Both the position numbers and the translations under genes were made by a program. The notes under the pieces are model-generated. The model saw only the letters and a program-made list of their open reading frames with translations. It made no database searches and was not told the origin of the DNA. Below, piece by piece: positions 27,824-38,760 of a DNA stretch of 64,000 bases (positions are counted from its first letter, which is position 1; each line of letters begins with the position of its first letter). Origin of the DNA: Massiliimalia sp. (GTDB lineage: Bacteria > Bacillota > Clostridia > Oscillospirales > Ruminococcaceae); contig JBMNPJ010000010.1 of NCBI GenBank assembly GCA_050943535.1, positions 28,916 to 92,915 on the forward strand. Reading direction: 5' to 3'.

Positions 27824-28705
27824 TTAGATCTGGGTTGCCCGGTCAGAAATTTTGGAGACAAACTGGGTGTTTACCATTTCCTGAGCATCGGTAATCAGCT
27901 GTTCAATGTCTTCCAGGCGGAAATTTGCCTGGTACCAGATTTTGTGTGCGTAAACTGCCTGCCATACCAGCATGGAAATACCATTGGCAGCCGGAATATT
28001 ATTTTTTCTGGCTAACTGAATCAATTGTGTTTCAGTGGGGTTATAGATTAAATCATATACATAGGCGCAGTTTTTTACCACATCCTCTGTTACAGGACAT
28101 TCAGAGCTTTTTGGGAACATGCCGCAAGGGGTAGCATTAATCAACAGATTGTAGGTTCCAGAAATGTGGTTGATATCCACCAGCTGTACCGGAGCAGCTG
28201 CGCTGATATTCAAAAGCTGGCTGCGGAGCAGTTCTGCTTTCTGCAGGCTGCCTTCCCGTACTGCAATGGTTAGGGGAGAACCTACCAAAACCGTTTCAGA
28301 AGCGATCATGTGAGCGGCACCGCCAGCCCCCAGCAGGAGCACCGGACCGTCGCTTAAACTGGTTCCCAGTTCTTCCAGTCCTTTAAACAGACCATAGCAG
28401 TCTGTGTTATATCCAATGTTGGACCCAGTACCGCGGCAGTCAACGGTATTTACCGCATTGTACAGCCGGGCTTTTTCATCCAATTTATCCAAATGTTTAA
28501 TAATATCTGTCTTATACGGAATGGTGACATTAAATCCGTCGTTTTCCAGCAAATCTTCCACATTCGCGTCAAAATCCTGTTTTGAAATCGCGTACAAGTC
28601 ATAAATCGAATTCTTTTTACTGAGCTGGAACAATCTTTCATGGATAAAAGGTGAAAGTGAATGGGACAATGGGTATCCGATTAATTTGAATTTTCCTTGT
28701 TTCAT
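27824..28705 (-). CDS. aroE: Shikimate dehydrogenase
   Basis: HSLSP, NVTIPYK, AVNT, GYNTD, GAGGAA, NATPCG and DLIYNP motifs. Confidence 0.93.
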   Translation of the reverse strand: MKQGKFKLIGYPLSHSLSPFIHERLFQLSKKNSIYDLYAISKQDFDANVEDLLENDGFNVTIPYKTDIIKHLDKLDEKARLYNAVNTVDCRGTGSNIGYNTDCYGLFKGLEELGTSLSDGPVLLLGAGGAAHMIASETVLVGSPLTIAVREGSLQKAELLRSQLLNISAAAPVQLVDINHISGTYNLLINATPCGMFPKSSECPVTEDVVKNCAYVYDLIYNPTETQLIQLARKNNIPAANGISMLVWQAVYAHKIWYQANFRLEDIEQLITDAQEMVNTQFVSKISDRATQI

Positions 28706-28931
28706 TCGAGATCACATCCTTTATCAAGCAATCAAAATCATATTTCTTCATTTCCTCTACTGGTACGTCTACATCATATCCCCATGATTTTCTTTTTTCA
28801 AGGGTTTTCAGGGATTCCTCACAGGAATTCTACGGAATCAAAAGGAATTACAAAAGCTAGAATTCGTTTTTTGGGGATATTTGCCAAAGGAAAGTGGAGT
28901 TTTTTAGGGAAAATAAAGGATGCTAAAAGAA

Positions 28932-28972
28932 ACAGGAAGGACTGTGAAAAAGCAGATCACAGTCCTTCCTGT
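28932..28972 (-). terminator. Terminator after fabD
   Basis: acaggaaggactgtga/tcacagtccttcctgt 16-bp stem. Confidence 0.75.
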
Positions 28973-28998
28973 GGGAAGAGAACAGGGCAAATTGCCTG

Positions 28999-29922
28999 TT
29001 ATTTCAGGATTTCCAGGGCTTTGTCCAGAGTTTTATTGTTTTCTACATTCATAACAGAAGCGCCTTTGAGGGTCTTTTTCACCAGACCGGTGAGCACCTT
29101 GTTTGGCCCCAGTTCTACATAGTGTTCAAAGCCAACCTGTTCCATCAGAGCCAGTTCGCTGGTGAACCGAACCGGAGATACCAGATGAGCTGCCAGATAT
29201 GTCGGCATGTTGGAAACATCGGTCAGCACTTCTCCGGTTACATTAGAATAAAAGGCAACCTGAGGTTCATGGAATGGAACCGCAGAAATTTCGCTTAAAA
29301 ATTGGTCGGCAGCCGGCTGCATCAGTTTGGAGTGGAAGGCGGCGCTGACAGCTAGTTTCATGCACCGTTTGCCCATACCGGCAAAGGTTTCTGCTGCTTT
29401 TTCGGCAGCTGCGGTTTCTCCGGCGATGACAGTCTGTACCGGGGAATTGTAGTTTACCGGAACCACATAACCGTCCACCTGTTCGCAAACTGCTCCAATT
29501 TCATCGGCAGACATGCCGATAACTGCGTACATAGCACCTGGATTTTGTTCCGCACAGGCCTGCATCGCTGCGGCACGGTGGCCGATCAGACGGTAACCGT
29601 CTTCCATAGATACCACACCGGCAGCAACCATGGCGGCATATTCTCCCAGAGAATGGCCGGCTACTGCATCAAAAGAGATTCCTTCTTCTTTCATGGCATT
29701 GAGTGCCAGCAGGGAAACGGTGAAAATAGCAGGCTGGGAGATTTTGGTCTGAGAGAGTTCTTCCGCAGAGCTTTCCGCAAAAATCTTTTTTAAATCCAAA
29801 GAGAGGATGTCTTCAGCGCAGGTAAAAATGTCCTGGGAAGAAGCATAGCGTTCTGCTAATTCCAGCCCCATGCCGGGATACTGAGACCCCTGTCCGGAAA
29901 ATAAGAATACATTTTTTGACAT
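28999..29922 (-). CDS. fabD: Malonyl-CoA:ACP transacylase
   Basis: FSGQGSQ, GHSLGEY and SAAFHS motifs. Confidence 0.95.
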   Translation of the reverse strand: MSKNVFLFSGQGSQYPGMGLELAERYASSQDIFTCAEDILSLDLKKIFAESSAEELSQTKISQPAIFTVSLLALNAMKEEGISFDAVAGHSLGEYAAMVAAGVVSMEDGYRLIGHRAAAMQACAEQNPGAMYAVIGMSADEIGAVCEQVDGYVVPVNYNSPVQTVIAGETAAAEKAAETFAGMGKRCMKLAVSAAFHSKLMQPAADQFLSEISAVPFHEPQVAFYSNVTGEVLTDVSNMPTYLAAHLVSPVRFTSELALMEQVGFEHYVELGPNKVLTGLVKKTLKGASVMNVENNKTLDKALEILK

Positions 29923-30132
29923 ATACAAAAACCTTCCTTTATTATAATATAAAAATATAAACCGTACAGGACAAACTGGCTTGGATTTGCCCTTATATGA
30001 AAATATCAGTAGAACTCGGCTTGAATCGACAAAAAATTTGGTTAAAACGTTTACTTAATCGTGTGGAATGGCAAAATATGCCGGTTTGCACAAACAAATA
30101 CGGTTTATTCTCACAAAACAAGTCGTTTTTTA

Positions 30133-30161
30133 TTGACTTTTTCTGAAAAAAAACCTACTAT
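30133..30161 (+). promoter_or_regulatory. sigmaA promoter of the fab/acc operon, TTGACT-N17-TACTAT
   Basis: Spacing and sequence near consensus, ~140 nt upstream of fabH. Confidence 0.6.
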
Positions 30162-30308
30162 TATTTATATTGGCGTATTTTGCCTCCCGCTATTTTCGCG
30201 GAAAAGCTGAATTCAACTTAGTTCAAATATAACATATTATCCCACCGGATTGCAAGGGCATTTCGTCCGCTCTCGGGGACAGGGGAATACCAAAGGAGGA
30301 TCTCACAG

Positions 30309-31298
30309 ATGGGACTGAATATCATTGGAGCAGGCATGTATGTGCCGGAAACGGTTGCAACCAACGACGACTTTGCCAAAATTGTAGACACCAGTGATGA
30401 ATGGATTACCACCAGAACCGGAATCAAAACCCGGCATATTAATAACGGGGAGCTTACCTTTCAAATGGGCGCAAAAGCAGCTGACCTGGCTGTAAAAGAC
30501 GCAGGAATCGACATGAGCCAGATTGACATGGTACTGGCGACTACAGTAACCAGCGACTTTTTGACCCCTTCTCTGGCATGTATGGTGGCAAAGGAAATCG
30601 GCATTGAAGACGCTGCCTGCATGGATTTGAATGCTGCCTGCAGCGGATATGTGTTTGCTTTGGATGTGGCGAAAAAATATCTGGACAGCGGAGATTTCCA
30701 CACCATTTTGATTGTTTCCGCTGAGATCGTTACCCGTATGGTAGACTATACTGACCGAGGCACCTGTGTACTGTTCGGCGACGGAGCCGCAGCTACTGTG
30801 GTGACCAAAGGGGAAGGAATTTATGCAGCAGCACTGCGCAGCTCTCCTCAGGGGGCACTGAAAATCTTTACCAAGCTTCCGGAACCGGAAAACCCATTTA
30901 AAACCCAAGGTTCTGACTGGGGTGACGAACGGGTACAGCAGGCGGCACCTTATCAGATGCAGATGCTGGGACATGACGTGTACAAATTCGCTACTGTTGC
31001 TATGGCAGATGCAGTAGAACAGGCTGCCCAGAAAGCGGGAATCTCTGTAGAAGACCTGAAACTGATTATTCCTCACCAGGCCAATATCCGGATTGTACAG
31101 ACCGCTATTAAGCGTCTGAAACTGCCGGTAGAACGGTTTTATGTAAACATTGAAAAATACGGAAATATTTCCAGCGCCTGCATTCCTTTGGCGCTGGCAG
31201 AACTGAAAGCACAGGGCCGGCTGGAAAAAGGGGACAAGATCTGTGTAGTAGGATTTGGCGCAGGTCTTACTTACGGAGCAGCCGTATTTGAATATTAA
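30309..31298 (+). CDS. fabH: 3-oxoacyl-ACP synthase III
   Basis: NAACSG, PHQAN, GNISSA and FGAGLTYG motifs. Confidence 0.95.
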   Translation: MGLNIIGAGMYVPETVATNDDFAKIVDTSDEWITTRTGIKTRHINNGELTFQMGAKAADLAVKDAGIDMSQIDMVLATTVTSDFLTPSLACMVAKEIGIEDAACMDLNAACSGYVFALDVAKKYLDSGDFHTILIVSAEIVTRMVDYTDRGTCVLFGDGAAATVVTKGEGIYAAALRSSPQGALKIFTKLPEPENPFKTQGSDWGDERVQQAAPYQMQMLGHDVYKFATVAMADAVEQAAQKAGISVEDLKLIIPHQANIRIVQTAIKRLKLPVERFYVNIEKYGNISSACIPLALAELKAQGRLEKGDKICVVGFGAGLTYGAAVFEY

Positions 31299-31392
31299 GG
31301 CACCGCAGTATGGTTGTGGGGAATTGCCTTAACCCTTAAGGAATCCTGTCAAATCAGACAGGGAAAACGTTGGAAAGGAAGGTTGTTACAAG

Positions 31393-32346
31393 ATGCAGAC
31401 ACAGATTACAAAATTACTGGGAATTAAATATCCAATTATTCAGGGCGGTATGGCATGGGTAGCCAACGCTCAGCTGGCGGCGGCAGTATCCAACGCAGGC
31501 GGTCTGGGACTGATTGCTGGCGGAAGTGCAACAGCTGACATTGTTCGGGAAGAAATCAAAAAAGCAAAGGCTTTGACCGAAAAGCCGTTTGGGGTAAATG
31601 TCATGCTGATGAACCCTCATGCAGAAGCCATTATTCAGGCTTGTATTGAAGAAAAAGTAAAAGTAGTAACCACCGGTGCAGGAAATCCGGGGAAATACAT
31701 TCCTGCTATGAAAGAAGCAGGCATTAAGGTGATTCCGGTTGTTGCTTCTGTTGCTTTGGCAAAACGGATGGAACGTGCAGGCGCTGATGCAGTGGTTGCA
31801 GAAGGCTGTGAAGCAGGCGGCCACATTGGTGAAATCACCACCATGTGTCTGATTCCGCAGATTGCGGATGCAGTATCCATTCCAGTGATTGCTGCAGGCG
31901 GGATTGCAGACGGCAGAGGAATGGCAGCTGCTTTGATCCTGGGCGCTCAGGGCGTACAGGTAGGTACCCGGTTCTTGGTTGCAAATGAATGTACCATTCA
32001 CCAGAACTATAAAGATTTGGTGCTGAAAGCAAAAGATACTGATTCTATCGTTACTGGACGGTCTACCGGTCATCCGGTACGGTCCGTAAAAAATAAATTT
32101 GCAAAAACTCTGCTGGAAATGGAAAAAGAACATGTGGATCCAGCTCAGTTTGAAGAGATGAGTGTAGGCTCTCTGCGCAAAGCAGTAGTAGACGGCAACG
32201 TGGACGAAGGCAGCTTCATGGCAGGACAGATCGCAGGTATGGTAACCAAACAGGAAAGCTGTCATGACATTGTACGGAGCCTGACCAATGAAGCCAGACA
32301 TATTCTGACAAACTTTGAAATGATTAGGGGGATTGAACTTGAGTAA
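31393..32346 (+). CDS. fabK: Enoyl-ACP reductase FabK
   Basis: IKYPIIQGGMAWV, EGCEAGGHIG and IAAGGIADGRG motifs. Confidence 0.93.
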   Translation: MQTQITKLLGIKYPIIQGGMAWVANAQLAAAVSNAGGLGLIAGGSATADIVREEIKKAKALTEKPFGVNVMLMNPHAEAIIQACIEEKVKVVTTGAGNPGKYIPAMKEAGIKVIPVVASVALAKRMERAGADAVVAEGCEAGGHIGEITTMCLIPQIADAVSIPVIAAGGIADGRGMAAALILGAQGVQVGTRFLVANECTIHQNYKDLVLKAKDTDSIVTGRSTGHPVRSVKNKFAKTLLEMEKEHVDPAQFEEMSVGSLRKAVVDGNVDEGSFMAGQIAGMVTKQESCHDIVRSLTNEARHILTNFEMIRGIELE

Positions 32347-33082
32347 AACAGCGTTGATTACAGGTGCTTCCCAGGGATTGGGAGCAGCGATGGCCAAAAA
32401 ATTGGCTGCAGACGGATTTAATATTGCCATTAACTGCCGGGGTGAGGCAGAACTGGAAAACGGCGGCGTGCAGACCAAAGCGGAATGCGAAGCTTTTGGA
32501 GTAAAAGCAGAATGCTTTATCGCCGATGTTTCTGATTTTGAAAGCTGCAAAAATATGGTAGCTCAGGTGAAAGAAACCTTTGGCACCATTGATGTATTGG
32601 TAAACAATGCCGGAATTACCAAGGATGGTTTGATTGCCCGTATGAGCGAAGCGCAGTTTGACATTGTAACCAGCGTAAACTATAAAAGCGTATTTAATAT
32701 GATCCGTCATGTGGCTCCGGTAATGATGCGCCAGAGAAGTGGAAGAATTATTAACGTATCTTCTGTAGCGGGTCTGTACGGCAATCCGGGACAGTTTAAC
32801 TATTCCGCTACCAAAGCAGGGGTTGTTGGTATGACTTTGACCGCTGCAAAAGAACTGGGACCGAGAAATATTACCGTAAACGCCATTGCACCCGGCTTTA
32901 TTGAAACTCCTATGACCGACGTACTGCCGGAAGATGTGAAAGAAACCTGTAAAAATGCGGTTGCTCTGCGCCGGTTTGGAAAACCGGAAGAAGTGGCTTC
33001 TGTAGTAGCATTTTTGGCAGGAGACGGCGCTAGCTACATATCCGGACAGGTGATCGTCATCGACGGTGCCATGAGCATGTAA
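32339..33082 (+). CDS. fabG: 3-oxoacyl-ACP reductase
   Basis: TGASQGLG, NNAGIT and YSATK SDR motifs; TTG start. Confidence 0.93.
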   Translation: MSKTALITGASQGLGAAMAKKLAADGFNIAINCRGEAELENGGVQTKAECEAFGVKAECFIADVSDFESCKNMVAQVKETFGTIDVLVNNAGITKDGLIARMSEAQFDIVTSVNYKSVFNMIRHVAPVMMRQRSGRIINVSSVAGLYGNPGQFNYSATKAGVVGMTLTAAKELGPRNITVNAIAPGFIETPMTDVLPEDVKETCKNAVALRRFGKPEEVASVVAFLAGDGASYISGQVIVIDGAMSM

Positions 33083-33103
33083 CAGACAGGAGGAAAAGGG
33101 CAG

Positions 33104-34339
33104 ATGAATCGAGTAGTAATTACAGGGATGGGCGTTGTCAGCCCAGTAGGAAACGACCTGAATACATTCTGGTCCAATATTACAGCAGGAAAACACGGTC
33201 TGTCTGTGATTGACCGGTTTGATGTAACAGAAAGCGAAGTAAAAGTAGCCGGTCAGGTAAAGGACTTTGACCCTTCCAAAGCGTTTGAGAAAAAAGAACT
33301 GCGTCACACCGATCTGTTTACCCAATATGCAGTAGAAGCAGCTAGACAGGCTCTGGAAGACGCTGGAAGCGACTTTAAAGATCTGGATCCATTCCGCGTA
33401 GGCGTCATTGTGGGCAGCGGAATCGGCGGCTTTGGTTCTACAGAAGTGGAACATGCCAAATTCCTGCAAAAGGGAGGCAAACGGGTTTCCCCTTACTATA
33501 TCCCAATGATGATTTCCAACATGGCAGCAGGAACCATTGCGATCCACACTGGCTTTAAAGGTGCAAACTATGCGCCGGTAACAGCTTGCGCTACTTCTTC
33601 CCATGCAGTGGGAGAAGCTTTCCGGAAAATCAAAGACGGTTATCTGGATGTTTGTGTAGCAGGTGGTTCTGAAGCGGCAATCAGTGAATTTGCTATCGCT
33701 GGCTTTAACAATATGAAAGCGCTGTCTCACAGCACTGACCCAGACCGGGCATCTATTCCGTTTGACAAGGAACGGGATGGCTTTGTTATGGCAGAAGGCG
33801 GCGGAATTTTGATTCTGGAAGAACTGGAACACGCCAAAGCAAGAGGCGCTCATATTTATGCAGAAATTACCGGCTACGGCGCAACTGGCGACGCTTATCA
33901 CATTACCAGCCCGGATCCGGACGGCGAAGGTGCAGCAAAAGGCATGCAGCTGGCATTTGAAGAAGCTGGCCTGCGTGCAGAAGATGTAGATTACATCAAT
34001 GCTCACGGTACTTCTACCCCTTTGAACGAACGGTATGAAACCATCGCTATTAAAAAGGCGCTGGGGGATGCTGCAAAACAAGCTCTGGTAAGCTCCACCA
34101 AGTCTATGACCGGACACCTTTTGGGTGCAGCTGGTGCCGTAGAAGCGATTGTATGTGCAAAAGCTTTGGAAGAAGGCATTGTACCGGCTACCATTGGATA
34201 TCAGGTACCGGACGAAGACTGTGACCTGAATCTGGTTGTAAACCAGGCAGTGAAAAAAGAAATTCGCGTAGCTTTGTCCAACTCCTTGGGATTTGGCGGA
34301 CACAACGCTACTTTGTGCTTGCAGAAATATGAAGGCTGA
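33104..34339 (+). CDS. fabF: 3-oxoacyl-ACP synthase II
   Basis: TACATS, NAHGTST, KSMTGHLLG and NSLGFGGHN motifs. Confidence 0.96.
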   Translation: MNRVVITGMGVVSPVGNDLNTFWSNITAGKHGLSVIDRFDVTESEVKVAGQVKDFDPSKAFEKKELRHTDLFTQYAVEAARQALEDAGSDFKDLDPFRVGVIVGSGIGGFGSTEVEHAKFLQKGGKRVSPYYIPMMISNMAAGTIAIHTGFKGANYAPVTACATSSHAVGEAFRKIKDGYLDVCVAGGSEAAISEFAIAGFNNMKALSHSTDPDRASIPFDKERDGFVMAEGGGILILEELEHAKARGAHIYAEITGYGATGDAYHITSPDPDGEGAAKGMQLAFEEAGLRAEDVDYINAHGTSTPLNERYETIAIKKALGDAAKQALVSSTKSMTGHLLGAAGAVEAIVCAKALEEGIVPATIGYQVPDEDCDLNLVVNQAVKKEIRVALSNSLGFGGHNATLCLQKYEG

Positions 34340-34354
34340 GGACGGGAAGAGACG

Positions 34355-34819
34355 ATGAGTGAATTGAGATTAACAGTAGAAGAAATTCGCAGTTTAATGG
34401 ATCAGATGTCCCGGACTGGTCTGGGACAGATGGTGCTGGAAGACGGCGATTTTAAACTGAAATTGTCCGCTCAGCGGGAGCAGGTAGTCATGGCTCCGGC
34501 AGCCGTTCCGGCTCCAGTTCCGGCGGCAGCTCCAGCAGCGGCAGCAGCTGCTCCGGCAGAAGAAACAGGCGAAGCACCTGTTTCCGGAAACGTGGTAAAA
34601 TCCCCAATTATCGGAACCTTCTATGCAGCTCCTTCTCCGGACAAAGATGCATTTGCACCAGTTGGCAAACAGGTTCGCCAGGGCGATGTGCTGTTTATCA
34701 TTGAATCTATGAAGCTGATGAATGAAGTGCAGAGCGAGTTTGACGGTGAAGTTGTAGAAGTTTTGGTAAAAGACGGCGAACCAGTAGAATATGATCAGCC
34801 GATTATGGTGATCCGATAA
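34355..34819 (+). CDS. accB: Biotin carboxyl carrier protein
   Basis: IESMKLMN biotinylation motif; Ala/Pro linker. Confidence 0.95.
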   Translation: MSELRLTVEEIRSLMDQMSRTGLGQMVLEDGDFKLKLSAQREQVVMAPAAVPAPVPAAAPAAAAAAPAEETGEAPVSGNVVKSPIIGTFYAAPSPDKDAFAPVGKQVRQGDVLFIIESMKLMNEVQSEFDGEVVEVLVKDGEPVEYDQPIMVIR

Positions 34820-34834
34820 CAGGAGGGTTTTGCA

Positions 34835-35281
34835 ATGCATCTGGATTTAGAACAGATTAAAGAAATTATTCCCCATCGGGATCCGTTTCTGCTGATTGAT
34901 GAAGTAGAAGAACTGGAACCTGGTGTTCGGGTAGTAGCAAAAAAACATTTAAAAGAAGACGAATACTGGTTTAAAGGACATTTTCCGGGACAGCCGGTTC
35001 AGCCAGGCGTGCTGATGATTGAAATGCTGGCACAGGCAGGGGCAGTATGTGCTTTGAGCCTGCCGGAAAATAAAGGGAAAGTGGCATTTTTTGCTGGGAT
35101 TGACAAAGCTCGTTTTAAAGGGATTGTAAAACCAGGAGATACCCTGACCCTGTCTGTAGAAATCACAAAAACCCGGGGCGCCATCGGCTTCGGCAAAGGG
35201 ATTGCTACCAATCAGGATGGAAAAAAAGTAGTAGTAGCAGAAATCAGCTTTGCTATCGGCGAACGGGAAAACCAGCCGTAA
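34835..35281 (+). CDS. fabZ: 3-hydroxyacyl-ACP dehydratase
   Basis: IPHRDPFLLID and FKGHFPGQPVQPGVL motifs. Confidence 0.95.
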   Translation: MHLDLEQIKEIIPHRDPFLLIDEVEELEPGVRVVAKKHLKEDEYWFKGHFPGQPVQPGVLMIEMLAQAGAVCALSLPENKGKVAFFAGIDKARFKGIVKPGDTLTLSVEITKTRGAIGFGKGIATNQDGKKVVVAEISFAIGERENQP

Positions 35282-35327
35282 TCTGACAGAATCAGCAGAA
35301 TACGGTTGAGAAAGGAGCAATCCTGCC

Positions 35328-36680
35328 ATGTTTAATAAAGTGCTTATTGCAAACCGGGGCGAAATTGCGGTGCGGATTATCCGTGCCTGCCGGGAATTGG
35401 GCATCCGCACAGTTGCGGTATATTCCACAGCAGACCGGGACGCCCTTCACGCCAAGCTGGCGGACGAAGCTATCTGCATCGGTCCTGCCGCAACCAAAGA
35501 CAGCTATTTGAATATGAAAGCAATTTTGGCGGCGTGCGATTTAACCGGATGCGATGCGGTTCATCCCGGATTTGGATTTTTATCTGAAAACGCAAGTTTT
35601 GCTAAAAACTGCAGCCGGTGCGGCGTTAAGTTCATCGGTCCCAGCAGTGAAGCAATGGAATTGATGGGCGATAAGGCAAGAGCCAAAGAAACCATGAAAT
35701 CTGCCGGAGTTCCGGTGGTTCCTGGTTCTGACGGCGAGATCCAGTCCATTGATGAGGCCAAGGAAATTGCCGCTCGGATTGGATATCCTGTGATGGTGAA
35801 GGCGTCTGCCGGCGGCGGCGGACGGGGAATCCGAAAAGTGACCCAGGAAGGGGAACTGGAAGGAGCAATTATTGCTGCCAAACAGGAAGCCCTCAGCTTT
35901 TTCGGCAATGATGGTGTGTATCTGGAAAAACTGATCGTCAACCCTCGCCATGTAGAAATTCAGGTGCTGGCGGATGCATGGGGCAATGTGGTTCACCTGG
36001 GAGAACGGGACTGTTCTGTACAGCGCCGGAACCAAAAGGTGTTGGAAGAATCCCCTTGTCCGGTCATGAGCGAAGAACTGCGCCAGCGGATGGGCGAAGC
36101 GGCGGTAAAAGCCGCCAAAGCCTGCGGATATGAAAACGCAGGAACCATTGAATTTTTGCTGGATGACAACCGGGATTTCTACTTTATGGAGATGAACACC
36201 CGGATTCAGGTAGAACATCCAATCACTGAGTTGGTAACCGGTGTGGATCTGGTAAAAGAACAGATTTTGATTGCGCAGGGAGAAAAACTCACCTGGCGTC
36301 AGGAAGACATCCACTTGACAGGTCACGCCATAGAGTGTAGAATAAACGCAGAAAATCCAAAGCTGAATTTCCGTCCGTCTCCGGGCAGAATCCAGTCTTT
36401 GAACCTTCCGGGAGGACCGGGAGTGCGGATTGATTCCGCAGTATATCAGGGCTATGAAATCACCCCTTACTATGACAGTATGATCGCAAAGCTGATTGTG
36501 TATGCAGCTGACCGGGATACTGCGATTAAGAAGATGAAATGGGCGCTGGCGGAATTTTTGGTAGAAGGTGTAGACACCAATATTGATTTTCAGCTTTCTA
36601 TTCTGCGGGATCCGGACTTTGTTCAGGGTCGTGTGGATAATGGCTTTTTGGATCGAAAAATGGCAAACGGAGAACTGTAA
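35328..36680 (+). CDS. accC: Acetyl-CoA carboxylase biotin carboxylase subunit
   Basis: [26 protein letters not shown] and YYDSMIAK motifs. Confidence 0.96.
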   Translation: MFNKVLIANRGEIAVRIIRACRELGIRTVAVYSTADRDALHAKLADEAICIGPAATKDSYLNMKAILAACDLTGCDAVHPGFGFLSENASFAKNCSRCGVKFIGPSSEAMELMGDKARAKETMKSAGVPVVPGSDGEIQSIDEAKEIAARIGYPVMVKASAGGGGRGIRKVTQEGELEGAIIAAKQEALSFFGNDGVYLEKLIVNPRHVEIQVLADAWGNVVHLGERDCSVQRRNQKVLEESPCPVMSEELRQRMGEAAVKAAKACGYENAGTIEFLLDDNRDFYFMEMNTRIQVEHPITELVTGVDLVKEQILIAQGEKLTWRQEDIHLTGHAIECRINAENPKLNFRPSPGRIQSLNLPGGPGVRIDSAVYQGYEITPYYDSMIAKLIVYAADRDTAIKKMKWALAEFLVEGVDTNIDFQLSILRDPDFVQGRVDNGFLDRKMANGEL

Positions 36681-36736
36681 CCGGAACATGGGACACAGTT
36701 TGAGTCCGGCAGTTTGAAGGAAAGGGTTGAAACGGA

Positions 36737-37612
36737 TTGTTAGAAGATTTGTTTAAAACAGTGCGGTCGCGGTTTGATACCGATTCGCTCAGTGAAAAGC
36801 GAAGCAAAGTATCTATTCCATCCGACCTGTTGTTCAAATGCCCCCGATGCAGCAACGTCATGTTTATGGAAGACTTTATCGGTGCGGGCAAAGTTTGTTC
36901 TGAATGTAATTACCATTCCCGTCTGACTGCCAAAGAACGTTTGGACATGACCATTGACAAGGGCAGTTTTAAAGAACTGGATGGAAATATGGTCAGCAAA
37001 AATCCCATGGATTTTGAAAATTACGAAGACAAGATTGCGGCAATGCAGAAAAAAACTGGTCTGAAAGATGCAGTGATTACCGGGGAATGTACCATTAAAA
37101 CCAAACCCTGTGTCATCGGGGTTATGGACTCCCATTTTATGATGGCTTCTATGGGAAGCGTCGTAGGGGAAAAAATCACTCGGGCATTTGAATATGCCTG
37201 TGAAAAAAATCTGCCGGTGATTTTATTTACTGCTTCCGGCGGTGCCAGAATGCAGGAGGGGATTGTTTCCCTGATGCAGATGGCAAAAACTTCTGCGGCA
37301 GTCAAGCGGCACAGCGACAAAGGGCTGTTGTACATTACTGTTTTGACTGACCCAACCACCGGTGGGGTCACCGCATCCTTTGCGTCTTTGGGAGATATTA
37401 TTATTGCCGAACCAAAAGTGCTGGTTGGCTTTGCAGGACGGCGAGTTATTGAAGATACCATCCGCCAGCGTCTGCCGGACGATTTTCAGTCTGCAGAGTT
37501 TTTGCTGGAACACGGATTTGTGGATATGATTGTACCACGCCAGAATATGAGAAGAACTTTGTCAAAGCTTTTGCGGCATCACGGATATCCCGGAAAAACA
37601 GCGGCGCAGTAA
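36737..37612 (+). CDS. accD: Acetyl-CoA carboxylase carboxyltransferase beta
   Basis: CPRC/CSEC zinc ribbon; SGGARMQEG and [11 protein letters not shown] motifs. Confidence 0.96.
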   Translation: MLEDLFKTVRSRFDTDSLSEKRSKVSIPSDLLFKCPRCSNVMFMEDFIGAGKVCSECNYHSRLTAKERLDMTIDKGSFKELDGNMVSKNPMDFENYEDKIAAMQKKTGLKDAVITGECTIKTKPCVIGVMDSHFMMASMGSVVGEKITRAFEYACEKNLPVILFTASGGARMQEGIVSLMQMAKTSAAVKRHSDKGLLYITVLTDPTTGGVTASFASLGDIIIAEPKVLVGFAGRRVIEDTIRQRLPDDFQSAEFLLEHGFVDMIVPRQNMRRTLSKLLRHHGYPGKTAAQ

Positions 37613-37624
37613 TACCCAGCAACG

Positions 37625-37832
37625 CTTGACAATTTTAGTTATACTGACAAAGTGCGAACGAAGCCGGACAGTGTCCGGTGCCAACCGCCTTCGGCGCATA
37701 CTCTGTTAGGAAAGCGGAAATTATTTGTTGTTATTGCTCAACTGACAAAATACGAGCGTAGCCTTTTGGGTCCAGGAGTGGGAACCCCTGGCGAGCGAAG
37801 CGTCATTGGGAATGAGTACTGCCAGAAGAAAG
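37625..37832 (-). repeat. Repeat element between accD and accA
   Basis: gccttcggcgcatactctgttag-32 nt-ctgacaaaatacgagcgtagcc plus gggtccagg..acccctgg and gcgtcattggg modules, in reverse orientation. Confidence 0.88.
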
Positions 37833-37847
37833 GAAAGGTTTTGGATT

Positions 37848-38675
37848 ATGTCAAATTTGACAACTTGGGAAAGAATTGAAATCGTTCATCGAAAGGATCG
37901 TCCCACAATCCGGGACTATATTCCTGCAATTTTCAAAGATTTTTATGAGTTTCACGGAGACCGTTTTTGCGGAGACGACCATGCGATTATGGGCGGTATC
38001 GGCAGCTTTAAAGGTCAGCCGGTAACCGTTATTGCAGAGGTAAAGGGCAGAAATCTGGAAGAGAATAAAGACACCAATTTTGCCATGCCTCATCCGGAAG
38101 GATATCGAAAAGCCCTTCGCCTGGCAAAACAGGCAGAAAAATTCCATCGGCCAGTGATTTTCTTTATTGATACACCGGGTGCCTTCTGCGGAATTGCTGC
38201 AGAAGAACGTGGTCAGGGCGAAGCCATTGCCCGCAACCTGATGGAACTGAGCACCCTGAAAACTCCGGTGATCTCCATTGTACTGGGAGAAGGGGGCAGC
38301 GGCGGTGCGCTGGCGCTGGGGGTATGCGATGAACTGGCGATGCTGGAAAACGCAGTGTACTCTGTGGTATCTCCCAGAAGCTTTGCGAATATTTTGTGGA
38401 AAGACCCCAGCCGGGAAAAAGAAGCGGCGCAGGCCATGAAGATGACGGCTGAAGATTTGATGGAACTGGGAATTGCAGATGCCATTATTGCGGAACCTGC
38501 CGGAGGCGCACACAACAATGTGACCCTGATGGTAGAAAATATTTCCGATTATATGGAAAAAGCAATTGAAAAATTATCCAGAGAACCTATTGCAAATTTA
38601 TTAGAGAACCGATATAATAAGTTCAGAAAGATTGGCGAGTTTGAAGAAGGCATCACGCCGGACGCCGATTGTTGA
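37848..38675 (+). CDS. accA: Acetyl-CoA carboxylase carboxyltransferase alpha
   Basis: [15 protein letters not shown] and [10 protein letters not shown] motifs; start at MSNLT. Confidence 0.96.
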   Translation: MSNLTTWERIEIVHRKDRPTIRDYIPAIFKDFYEFHGDRFCGDDHAIMGGIGSFKGQPVTVIAEVKGRNLEENKDTNFAMPHPEGYRKALRLAKQAEKFHRPVIFFIDTPGAFCGIAAEERGQGEAIARNLMELSTLKTPVISIVLGEGGSGGALALGVCDELAMLENAVYSVVSPRSFANILWKDPSREKEAAQAMKMTAEDLMELGIADAIIAEPAGGAHNNVTLMVENISDYMEKAIEKLSREPIANLLENRYNKFRKIGEFEEGITPDADC

Positions 38676-38760
38676 TTTTGTTTATGAGAGAGGGCAACCT
38701 TTCTTAGAGATAGCCGGCTGTTTACAGCAGGCACAACAGCAGAAAAGGAGGGAATACAAG

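Noticed and set aside
32324-34303. 659-aa minus-strand ORF and similar long antisense ORFs over fab and ribosomal genes
   Set aside because: Shadow frames of well-supported genes with no recognisable motifs.
37806-37847. Upstream ATG for accA
   Set aside because: It lies inside the repeat element; the RBS-supported start is 37848.
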